Below, piece by piece: positions 11,691 through 22,963 of a DNA stretch of 64,000 bases. The position numbers and the translations under genes are program-made. The notes under the pieces are model-generated. The model did not search any database and was not told where the DNA came from. It saw nothing but the letters and a program-made list of their open reading frames with translations. Source of the DNA: Takakia lepidozioides (Eukaryota > Plantae > Bryophyta); contig CM060732.1 of the NCBI GenBank assembly GCA_030704615.1, forward strand, positions 22,196,001 to 22,260,000, given 5' to 3'. Numbering within the stretch: position 1 is the stretch's first letter; each line of letters starts with the position of its first letter.

Positions 11691-14600
11691 GTGGAAGACG
11701 TAGAGCTGGAGATGGAGGTGGAATTTCCGATGCTGGTAATGTTCATGATGGAAGATGGTAGATTTCCCAGAACGTTTGGCTTCAAACTGGAGGTACGAAT
11801 TCTAAGGAAGGCCATGATGAGAGAGTCCATTCGGGCGGGGTTCACATATTGCGACGATGGTACTCAATTTACAGATGAAGGTTTTTGCATGGCTTGGGGT
11901 ATTTTCTTGGATGTGCTTTACTTAAAGGGTAAGGAGATTGCAAAGACGCAGGAGGAGGAGGCTGCAAGAGCGCGGCCAAAGAAGGAAAAATGGAAATCCA
12001 TTGACGCTGGTGGTGATGAGAATGAAGCCGGGACATCAGGGGGAAAGAAGAAACAAAAGGAGGAGATGGATCCCGCTTTCATGATAGATAACAAGAAACC
12101 CAAGGCTGCAGACATATTTGACAAAGAGAAGTGTGAGAAGATGCAGGAGAGGCTGGAGCAAGACTACAAGGACATATTTCCTTTTGGGTTTGAGGCGACC
12201 CAGGACGTCAAAGTTTCCATGATGGAGCTTGCTCCCAGGGATAAGGTGTATAGGCCCCTAAATGTGAAGCACAAAGACAAAGTCAAAACGCATCTTTACC
12301 AGCTCCGGGTGTTCGACTCCAAACATCCAGTTTATTTGATTCCCGCAAACCCCTAGAAGCCTATGGAGGTTTCTAGTTCGAAACCTCGAAACTGGAAGGA
12401 GGTGGAAAATTCCAGATTCTTCGTCATCGGTGGACAACACACGATCATTGCTGCCAAGGTATATCTCTCAACAAATTCCAATTTTTGTAACAATATGAAC
12501 CTCCACTGGACAGTGGAGGTTCATGAACTTTAAACAACATGCTTGTTAGGTCAATATCATTTATGACCTTATTCAATTCTGTCGCAGGAACTTGTGCAAG
12601 ACGTGGATGACGACAATCTTAAGAAGTACTACATTGACTGGCCCTCAAAGATTATATGGTCAAAGGATCTGATGAGGCTCGTGAAGCTATCTAAGCTCCT
12701 AAACGACTCGAATAAGGCGCAAAAATTTGACACAACATTTCCCGAAAAAGTTGCACATGCCCGAAATTTCTTCAAGCTGAGGGGGAGGCCGAAAAAGTAT
12801 AACGATCACACAACGAAGTCGGAGACTAGACAATGGAAGGTAAATGATTCATTGTGTTTTCTGTTCCATTTGCTAGAGAACCAAAATATTTTCAAGCTCG
12901 GATTTAATGTGACGAATGGAGACCGCATTACGAAGCATCGCATTACGAAGCAGGAGACACTACAAAAATAGCTTCATAAGGGAGGGTGCTACAATGAACG
13001 AGCGGGATGGTTCAACATTCGGAAATTCGACATGATGGGGTCTTTTGTAATGTGTCTTGTTTGATAATGAGGTGCTTGTCCAGCTCTTCTTTTCCCAATC
13101 TATTTAGGTTCTCCACCTGTAACAGTTCTGCAAATATGCCGCAAAATACTTGAAACATCATATGATCATGAAAACGTGTTGTTGCGGAGAACGCTTCCAA
13201 AAGTTTTCATGGATTTTCTAGGCACACTATTGGAACTGTTCCTGGTGGAGAACATGAACAGATTGGACAAATTTGACTTGGAGGAGCACCGCATTCCGAA
13301 GCAGGAGACACTACAGAAAGAGCTTCAAATTACAAGGCACAACAAGATGGACGGAGATGAATTGGCAATCGAATCATCATTTGGAGTATAGTATAATTGA
13401 CATGATAGTTGTGACTATTGTTTCATCTCAAAAATTAATATCAAATATCGAATGAAATGTCTAACTTTGGCCCTGATTATTTTCGCAGGAATTTATGCAA
13501 GCATGTCAACTCATTCTGGAGATGAGTAGCGTGAAGGAGGCCATGGTTCTGGTTCTCTGTGACGAAGACGTATGGAACCTGTGGGAGGAAGTGTTCAAAC
13601 AGTGGGAACAATGAAAGCTTATTGATATTTTCAAGATCCAGTGCAAGGATGAACAGCTACCGCTGCATAAAACCGCTATCGCGAAACTGCAAGGACTTAA
13701 TAGCAGGCAGTTGAAAGAGTGGCGGAGAAAATCCTGAATAGAGACATTTGCATTCGGGGAACGAAATTCAAGGGCGCGGACAAATCCAAAAACACAATGA
13801 GCGCGTACATTGACCAAATGAAATTGCGACGGTTTATTATCGACGATGTAATGGAAGTCTTAGGGTGGCCTCGGAGGAGCGAACAGAACTCGGAACCGTA
13901 TACCAAACAAGAGTGGCGTGATGTGAAAAAAAAAAATACAACTTCAACAAAGCTGAGTTCGAAACTTTTCGAGATCGGCTGAGGAACGACTATATTGTAA
14001 GCAAACAGAAGATGAATATGGAGACGCAGCCGATGACTGCTGCCTTCAAGAAGTATGTCTTGTCGTGCAAGCATACCTTCGAGGATAACCAGAATGCCCT
14101 GGCGATTCTACGTACGAGCTTCAGGTCCCATTACACACAGTTGGGGGGAAACCAAAAAATTTCTGATGCCAGATCACGGTTGGGACTTGCACCGAAGAAA
14201 CGGTTCGACGACATATTGATGGTGTTCGTCAATACAGTTTGTGATGATGACTCTGTTGTCTTCGAGGCAAAGGACTACTCCAATATCCTGGATGCTTTTG
14301 TGGCTCAGAAGCTCATGTCCAGTGCTTTTGTGTTTTTCTTGACACAAGAATCATCAAGAAATCTTGTGTCATATATCCGGAATGGCCCTGGATCAAAATC
14401 GTTTATTATCCGACAGGGTTATTACATTCCCGGCGAGTTTGAACACCTTACAGGAGCTGCGCGACTATATTCTCCCGGACGGTCCTCTGCCTCGACTCCG
14501 TATTTCCGGCAACAGCTGAGGAGATGGTGAATCCGGAAGATCACATTCAAACTATTTTGTTAACGACGGACCCAATTAATCCCGTTATCCAAGGACTAGA

Positions 14601-15346
14601 TATAGACCTGGCCTCGCAGGATAAGGAGTGCAGGACTTACACTCATGAGCTGAGGGCAGATACCTACGATTACCTGGTGTCTCTTTTTAGCAGGGACGGG
14701 ATGTCTTGTGTGAACATTTTCGGAGGAGTGGCAATGACATACGTTCTGCTTGTAAGTGGATTCTGCTTCGTTTTGGAATTGTCCGTGTTTTCAGTTTGCC
14801 GGATTTAACTTTCGTGTTTTTTCTACGTTGTCGGAATAGGGTGTTCAACATGTGTCTGAATGTTTCCATTTTGTTAACCTCCACTGGGCAGTGGAGGTTC
14901 ATGTTATTGGAGTTTTGGGTGTTTGTTATTCGGGAGTTTGGTGTGTTTGCTAGTTGTCTCAATTAAAGAAAGCCTAACCCTTTCAATCTTTCGATGGTTG
15001 CAGTTCGTCGGATTTATTTTGATTTCATTGTTTGGTTTTATTGCAGGAAAGAAATATTCGTGTGCTTGACATAAACTATGTAATGAAAAAGAAATTTTGT
15101 AGAAGCAAGGTGGAGGCTTATTTCAAGACGCTCCAGATTGACAATCAGACTATTGCAGGAGACGAAGATGACGGAGACTCACTGCAGGATGACGAAGTGG
15201 ACGAAGAAGATGATGACGAAGGACACGACAAAGATCAGGACGAGGAAATGGAGGAGAAACAAAAAGAGGACGACAAGGAGGAGAAAGACGAAGATGAGAA
15301 CATGGAAATCGTCACCGGAGACCAGGTGCAGATGCGACTAATGTAG
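11691..15346 (+). pseudogene. Multi-exon ParB/Srx-like domain + degenerate N4/N6 DNA-methyltransferase-like domain + acidic tail
   Basis: Exons ~11691-12458, 12588-12839, 13489-14751 and 15047-15346 have GT-AG junctions in phase. YRPLNVKH..PVYLIP..FFVIGGQHTIIAAK|EL is a ParB-like GxH motif (12429-12443). HELRADTYDYLVSLFSRDGMSCVNIFGG..|ERNIRVLDI resembles MTase motifs X-I-II. In-frame TAG at 12354, TGA at ~13612, and frameshifts. Confidence 0.6.
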
Positions 15347-16305
15347 GAAAGGGAAAGTGAGGGCCAGGAAATTTCCCGGTTGGATATACTAGGTAGTACT
15401 CCAAATACCCAAGAACGTGTTGTGCCACAAAGTGTACACAATATGGACAGCTCTTCCTCCAGTTCCAATAACACCACAAATCAAATTCTGGCTTCTCCAG
15501 GGGGCCAAGAAGCGACATCGACAGAGTTAGTTGAAACTTTCGGTCAAGGGTTCAAACTTGTGGATGGTGACGAGCCGTTGATTATGTCACCGGATCCCGT
15601 TAACAATCCTCGAGAGCTAGTGTCTCAGAATGTCACCCAGGAAGTGGTTCTGGATGTAGGTAACGAATGACAATTAATGAATTTTTATTTGTACACACTT
15701 CTAAATACAATATGACAATATTGTAATTATACATACTTGTGAGTGGCATAATCCGAAAGTTTTTTCCATATCATTTGTTCTGGACTTTTGAATAAAACAT
15801 ATTTCCACCCGGATACATATTTCCGTTCGCACACCTTTGTGGACAACCACTAACCGATTTGGATAACTTTTCTTGTAGATCCAAGAATCCCATTCGGAGG
15901 AAATGACACACACACGAAAATGCTCAAATGAGACTCAAACGGTGAAGAGACACGTGGATCTAACAGTGAGGGCCAGGTCACATGAGCGGTTCTGCAAGTA
16001 ACCTCCACTGTCCAGTCGACGTTGCCATCTGTAGGGAATGAGTTGGAGAATCCTCCTACTCGCGGGGAGGGAGAAGAGACAGAGCACCACAAACGCGTAA
16101 TCCAACAACAGATCCCGATTCGGGTAAAACATTGGCTTTATTCTTATTACTCTTATTATTGGTCTTTCAGTCTCATCTTCGGTATTGCTCAATTCGATAA
16201 TTTTGTCGGATCAATTTAGACCACCATAATCTTCATCCGTGGGATTCTTTAATATGAATGACTCTCTAGCAGATTGGAGCACTTGTTTCTCCTCCTGCGC
16301 AAGGG

Positions 16306-16988
16306 TTGCGTTTGATTATTTTTTACGTGAATGGAGTCTTGTGCAAAATCTTGAAGCACCAGAAGAGCTACAATGTCCCCCGGTTTTCAGAATCGGACTA
16401 CAGAATTCCAGCTCTTGTCGGATTCCGACTTGTCTTTAGACGAGAGAAATATCGCGAAGTGTGGACAGAGTTGCACAAACACTTCCGGTTAGGGATTTGG
16501 AGCTCTATGATGTACAAGAACTTGCAGCCCATCCTGGATTTTTTGCTTCGTGGTCTACCTCAACCGACCTTCGTTATGTCTCAAGAGGATTATATTTCAT
16601 GTCCTACTTCGGTTCATCCTCAATTCAAATCAGGATTGTTTTGAAGCCACTGGTCAAGGTCTGGCAGAGATTTGGTGGACAATACACCAAAAGTAACACT
16701 CTGCTCATTGACGACACCGACATGAATTGTGTATTAAACCCGCCCGACTCATGTCTTGTTCTCAAACCGTTCCAGACCGTGGAGACTGATGGTTGCTATC
16801 TTCTCAAGGTTTTTCAGACCTATTTGTTTGGAATGAGGAAACATCCCACTGTTTCAAGCTATCTTAAGAAAAAAAAGATAGGGTTGAGTTTTTTTCCCAA
16901 TGTTTCAAACGATCCCAAGTTTAGTCCACTCTGGCATTTTATTGAGGACAACGGTTTTAAGAGTCTTAGATATGATGCTTCAAAATAA
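16306..16988 (+). pseudogene. FCP1/NIF-like HAD domain (copy 2), frameshifted, catalytic Asp absent
   Basis: LIIFYVNGVL..LVFRR..FRLGIWSSMMYKN..(frameshift)LKPLVKVW..YTKSNTLLIDDTDMNCVLNPP. Confidence 0.8.
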
Positions 16989-18460
16989 ATTATTTTTTAT
17001 CAATCCCATCTCACTCGAGCTATTGAATATCTTCATGGTTTTTGATTTTCATTGCCTTGTAATCACACACGTGTTAGATATGGTACTCTCATTTTCACTC
17101 ATTTTCAGTTGAATTCTTGACGCACATTCCGGACAATCCCAAGACTCTGATACAGGCCTTCATATGGGGACATGACTATATTTAGTGACCTCCACTGTTC
17201 AGTGGAGGTTCACATTTCTGCACTCCCGGATTTATAATTATGTCTCTTTGGTAGGTTCAAGGAGATGCTGACTCAAGTCCCCTAAAGGAACCCTCCGGAT
17301 TAGCAGTGAGTCGGAGTATTGAAGGCTTTCCGAGGGTTCATGATGGTGCTCAAATTGAGGGTGGATCCTCTGTCAGACCCTTGTCCTCCCGGGAAGCGGG
17401 CGACACTCTTCTCCTCTCGGGTCCTCATAGGTGTAAAGTCCAAGGTGCAAGTGAAGAACACAAATATCCCGGAAACTTTATCGACCTTTCCCAACATTCC
17501 TCACCCTCCATGTTCAGTACGCAGGGTCTGGTCTATCCAACCCGTAGGGCAACCGTCGGGGACTCGGATGCGGCTCCGCTGCATCTGGTTCCGTCTCTTC
17601 CTCGCATATCTCCCCAGCACGAGGGTTGGACAGCCCAAATCCGCAGGAGTCAAGTGACTTAAACTCATTTCTCGCTCCTTGCTCATTCTCCTAGTTTCAC
17701 TTACTTTGGGGTCTGATATTCATCTGTCGCTCTAGGTCAGAAAATCTGCAGATTATGACCTTCGTATCAAACGACGTCTGCATTGGAATGCAGTTTCGAG
17801 GTAAATTATTCCTTCGTTGCGTTTTCATTCCATCCAGGATGTCGAGTGCTCAAGGGACAATTTTCTGTGCTTGCCTGTTGCAATGTTCTACACCAAAGAG
17901 GCGAAAAAGAGCCCCTGAGCCATTTCCTTCCTCTACAGGAAATCTTTCCAACAGACAAAAGGCTGACAAGAAAAAAAGAGCGGACTCCAGATACATGAGG
18001 ACTCCCTCGGATGTTGTGGCGCCTCGTCAATCCAAGCAGGTGGGAATCCACTATTCTTCTGCAAGACATTTCAATAAGGCTTCAATGGTACATTTCAAAA
18101 CAATTTCTCCACTTTCATTTGCAGTTTGTTTTGCGGTCCCAAATTAACTCCGTAATTTTTATACAAGCGAGTATGGAGCCGCAGAACTTCTTCAATGCGC
18201 CTCCCGACAAGGTGTGTCCACTAACCTCCACTTGACAGTCGACGTTCATCTTTTCGTGATCTCGAACTCTTGTATATATGGTCTACTCTTGGTCCTTTAC
18301 AGTAGTCCATTGTCGGGACACTTATGTCTCTGAAAACGTAGAGGTCACTCGAAACTAAGAAACACTACATCGTGTTGTTTCTGACGACGGGAACACTTAA
18401 ATTGCGCAAGATGACATCGTCCATCAACCTTCATTTGCCACATCGGGGAAGAGGAAACGG

Positions 18461-19156
18461 ATGTTGTTAATATTGAGTGTTAACGGACTCCTCTGCTACT
18501 GGCCACCTCCAACCGGCGGTGAATTGTTTAAGGAGAGATTTCATTTCAGGAAAGTTACAGTTCATGTTCCCGACAGACCTTTTGTGGTTCCCCGGCCCGG
18601 AGTCTTGGAGTTTCTCAACCTTGCGTTCATGCATTTTCACGTGGCGATCTGGTCATGTGCTGAAAAAGATGTTCTTTGTAGGATGCTCGAGTGCTTAGTT
18701 CCTACGAAAATTGCGAAGAAGTTTTGCTTCATCTGTCAGCTGAGGATTGCAAAGACACAACCGGTTACATCACGCCTGGGATGCAATATCTTGTTAAGGA
18801 TATTCGCACTGTTCTTGCCAAGTACCCTGGTACACCCTTTGCAATGTAGGGACAAATACTCCTTGTCGATGATGAACCATCAAAGGGCCTCCGAAACCTA
18901 CCAAATACTGGATTTTTTCCCATTTCATACAAGCCATCACCAAAAGGCTTGGTTGACCAGGATGATATGACAAAAGTTGTGTGGCCATATATATTGAAAA
19001 TGGCTGCAGCTTCAACAGTCGTAGATTACATCAGCGAGAACCCTGCCAAGTGTTTTCGTAAGCCTATTGGTCGCGACCATGCCTATTGGGCTTGGTATGG
19101 AAGATATGTTGATCCTCGTGTTTGGATCCCACAACAAAAGGAACCTGATTACCTTG
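18461..19156 (+). pseudogene. FCP1/NIF-like HAD domain (copy 3), frameshifted, catalytic Asp absent
   Basis: LLILSVNGLL..VVPRPGVLEFL..FHVAIWSCA..(frameshift)ILLVDDEPSKGLRN..GFFP..VVWPYILKMA..VVDYISENP. Confidence 0.8.
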
Positions 19157-20067
19157 GTATGTACTTATCTCACTATTTGTTGTTTATGGAGAATTTGATC
19201 TTGAAAGTGTTTTCTACTTGCACTTTTACTTGATCATTTTTTCTACAAATGTTCCACATTTCAGCTGACATTTATCATATGAAATATCGCTTTGCTCAGT
19301 CACATTCAATAAGCGAATTCGAAAAGAAGAAGAAGAGCTTCATGATTGGCAAGAATGGCGGGCTTCCCGGCAAGCTTCAAGGGCATCAAGAGATTCAACA
19401 AGTGGAGTTCCAAGTAACATTTCGGATGATAATGTTACTACTAGGTTCGAGTTCTCCGAAAGTATTTCCGTTTCCTCTGGTGCGGAGACCGTTGCAAGCG
19501 GTTGTGGTAACCGGAGGCGTCTTCAAACACATGCCTTGATTGCGAGCCGTTTGGTAAGAGGCTCTGTAATATTAATGGGTTAGTGTAAGCCGTTGTATGG
19601 CTTCGTGCCGCTGGATACCATTAAGTCCAACGGATGTACAGTTGACGTTACATTATGTCTGACTGCAACGCCAAAGTTGCAATATCTAATAAAATATGAA
19701 TGTTTATCATCAATGTATGCGGACACATTCTTTCATGTCATCCTCTTCATCACATGCCATGATTGTTCTATGTTTGGTTTTGTATGTCATCTGATATGGC
19801 AACCATTTTGTGCAAAAAGTTTTACATATCTGACCTCACATCATGGTGTAATTTATTGCATCCTCCCATTTTTTTCGTGAACGTCAACTCGACAGTGGAT
19901 GTTCTTCTAAAACCACAATACATACTTATATTGTCTCCAAAAAATGTTTGGAGGATTATTGTTCATGGTTATATTGTGCATAAAATAACCAAAATAATCA
20001 TATATATCGCTTTATTTCAATAATAAATTTTCTTTATTCATATTTCTCATATTATTTTTGGACCAAA

Positions 20068-20097
20068 CAAAAGTCCAGAATTAGTTAAAATAATGTT
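20068..20097 (-). repeat. Right arm of subterminal inverted repeat (partner 5737-5766)
   Basis: CAAAAGTCCAGAATTAGTTAAAATAATGTT; its reverse complement matches 5737-5766 at 28/30. Confidence 0.75.
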
Positions 20098-21279
20098 ATT
20101 GGCTTATAGCAAAGGATGCACTGATAGTTGCATAGGAAGGCCAGTCGTCAGAGAAAAAAGAAATAGAATGGAAGGGGAGAACATCGTGGTCTATGCAATT
20201 ACATACATATTCATCATGGATATAAGTAATCAAACAACTTAACCCTAGCTCCGCCCACATTTTACAGTGTAGGCAGGGTCATGCTTCTCTGATCAATGAA
20301 CAATTAGCTGACTAATTACAAATGGGTTTTTGCTCATTTCTTTTCACACTACACATCCATACACTGTTTGACACGTGTCAATCAAAATACCTCCACCCTA
20401 TGAGTAATTCTAAATTAAATGCAATTGGAGCCTTTAATCTCTACCCTATATTCATTTAAATGCTCCCGCCTATATTTCTCATACCTTATATTTACTTTGA
20501 AAAATGTTCTAATTTTTACTTATAGAGAATAAATGACACCGTGTATTTTTTTGCACGTTAGGTGGTAATTTTTGGAAGTGGATCCCCCTAGTCATGACAT
20601 ACTCGTACCAGAGCAACGATGGGCGAGTATTGGTATGGTAGCTGGTATATAGAAGTCTATACCAGCCTGATTTGGTATCTCCCTAAATATAGCAAAAAAA
20701 AATAAAAATAAAAATAGCATATTTACATACCAGACTGGTCTGGTTTTACATACCAGTGCATATACTAGCACACATACCTACCCTTCGCCTATATACCAAA
20801 CCAACACTGGCTCAAACTTCAAACCCTAGTCCTTCATTGCCAAAAAAAAATTACAACACACATAAAACTTATGAAGACAAACAAAACTGAACTGCCGCCT
20901 GACTCATATTCAACCAAAATCATGGCATCCTCAAAGGGGAGCAGTTTTGCTCCAAAACTCTATCAAGCCCTTGATCCTGATTTAATATGATGTACACGAA
21001 AAGAAGGACAGATGCAGAAGCAGACGGCAGGAGATATCACATGCACTTGTAGGAGCAACATGACATTGAATATCTGAACGTGGATCTGCGAGAAAGATCG
21101 GACAAGCCGCGCATGCGCTTACACATATAGATGTGAAAAAATTGCTCCGGGCCAGTTCAATTTCATGTACATAGACACTATAGCCATGGCTACAACCACC
21201 AAATCAACTCGTTTTACTGTAAAGTCCTACTTCAGGAATTTCCACTAAAGCTTCTAAATCCATCCACTATGGAAGACGA

Positions 21280-21880
21280 TCTAAGCTATCTAGATCAGAG
21301 ATTTAGTATAGGAAGACTCGATAAGAGAGTAGAGACACAGACGAAGTTCTGCACGGAAACTAGCCGATCATGCCATATTCTCAAAGTTTGAAAACATATC
21401 CTATATACAGAGTTGGGTTTAGTGAATCCCTCAAGTTCAGATGTGTCGAATCCTTTCTAACAGTTATGTACAAGTTGTCACTTCTAGCTAAGTCTGCAAC
21501 AGAGAGAAGACTCCGACCAAAGCCGGGCATAACTAAGAGCCACTTCACCTTGCGGCTACTGCCCCCTGTCGGGGGTGGGCCCTATGATAAACACAGGTGT
21601 CTGGTTGGACACCTAGTAACCGGGGGGTATATGTTCTATGGTGTCGGATAATAAAGGGGGGTACCCAGGGGGGGTGCCCCCGAGGTATCTAGGACAATGT
21701 TGTGGGATCAGATTCTAGTTTTCATTTATTGGTGATAATAGCTGTAAGAGAACGAAGGGTTGTGAGGTGGATGGCTTGGAAACATTAAGTCTGCAACATG
21801 TAGTTACAAGATCACCTCATATTTCATCGCTGCAATTGATCTTGAGGTTGATTGGACACCTGTCGATCTTCATGCTAACA
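21280..21880 (-). repeat. Copia 3' LTR (contains a 284-bp insertion)
   Basis: Homologous to 36864-37194; minus-strand ends are TG...AGA. Confidence 0.9.
21502..21785. mobile_element. 284-bp insertion with a 13-bp target duplication
   Basis: TAAGTCTGCAACA is duplicated at 21489-21501 and 21786-21798. The insert is absent from the sister LTR. Confidence 0.8.
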
Positions 21881-21887
21881 CTCCCAC

Positions 21888-22963
21888 TCAGGCAACCAAA
21901 AGACTATGAACTCCCAACATGTCCATGCATTTGTAATGCTTGGGTTTCGGAAGGGGTTTTTTCAAAATATCAGCTGCCATATCATCAGTTCTACAGTAGC
22001 AAAAAATAATTTTGCCAGAAATAATGACTTCTCGAATAAAATGGTTCTGCACATCTATGTGTATAGTTCTACTATGGTGAACTGGATTCGCCATCCCTGA
22101 TTGTCGGTTTGAACCTGTATTGCTTCTTGTTGTAAAGAACCGACATCCTCCAACAACTGTCTCAATCAAATGGCTTCTTTTGAAGCATGTATAGCCGATA
22201 TGCACTCCGCTTCCGTGCTTTAGAGCCACTGTAGCTTGCCGTTTGCTATTCCAAGCAATAGCTCCTCCACCAAGAAGGTAAGAATAAGATGTCATTAATC
22301 TTCTTGTTTCAACATCCCTAGCCCAATCAGTGTCATAGAATCCGGACAGAACAACACCCTCATCCTTACTTCCAATGTATTGTAGGCAGTAGTCTTTTTG
22401 TTGCCTGTAATTACCTCATAACGTGTTTCACAACTATCCAATGCTCATGTCTCGGATCTTCACAGTACCTGCTCAAGATACTGATTGCTACAGCAATATC
22501 TGGTCGAGTGCCTTCATTGGATACATCAAACTGCTTATTACTTTTCTGTATGACATTCCCACAACACTTTCTTCTTCTTCGCCAGATTTCTCTTTGACTC
22601 CTTTGACAAATGTCAGTCCAAGGTCCATTGACAATAAGCCATTCCAAACTTTTTGAGTAGCTCCTTCACATAAGTACTCTCTCCTGACTGAGATGTATTG
22701 ATTTCTTCTCCCTGTCTCTGATGACCAGAGTTCCGAGATAGTAATCTACTTCACCAACATCAGTCATTTCAAATCCCTCACACATCATTTTTTTGAATAC
22801 CATCATCATTTTGACATTGTTTCCCAAAATCATCATGTCATCTATATGTAACCCCACAAGGAGTATCTTTTCACTTTTCTTGAGAACATACATACTATTG
22901 TCCGCCTGTGACTGCTCAAACCCTAGTCTTTGAGAAAATCATTGATTTTTTGATGCCATACCC
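21888..22963 (-). pseudogene. Copia RT C-terminal part / RNase H
   Basis: LHIDDMMILG, MTDVGEVDYYLG, TRPDIAVA, GGAIAWNSKRQATVAL, HIDVQNHFIRE, MAADILKKPL. Confidence 0.9.

Larger units (their letters stand above)
8947..19904. repeat. Dispersed palindrome family AAC(C/G)TC(C/G)ACTG-NN-CAGT(G/C)GA(G/C)GTT
   Basis: Copies at 8947-8972, 9175-9198, 9297-9319, 11298-11323, 12495-12524 (perfect 14-bp arms), 14876-14899, 16000-16023, 17185-17213, 18223-18246 and 19879-19904. Half-sites at 11402-11412 and 19639-19649. Confidence 0.9.
5149..20588. mobile_element. Large degenerate TIR-type DNA transposon (possibly Sola-like or CACTA-related) with ParB-like/MTase-like and FCP1-like cargo; boundaries approximate
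   Basis: 28/30 inverted repeat at 5737-5766 / 20068-20097. Weakly matching G-rich outer ends (GGGGG..CACT.C..AATT..ACGTG at ~5149; its reverse ends at ~20588). Divergent spliced, mutated genes with Tnp1-like domains. Element-restricted palindrome family. Confidence 0.55.

Noticed and set aside
8947-19904. Palindromes as a CRISPR array or bacterial REP/parS sequences from contamination
   Set aside because: Spacing is irregular at kb scale, there are no cas genes, and the context is spliced eukaryotic sequence contiguous with plant genes.
20560-20592. Helitron 3' end (CTAG-T)
   Set aside because: No convincing hairpin upstream and no Rep/helicase. The inverted-repeat evidence fits a TIR element better.
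20609-20810. Possible hAT-type MITE (TACC/GGTA repeats)
   Set aside because: TIR and TSD could not be established.
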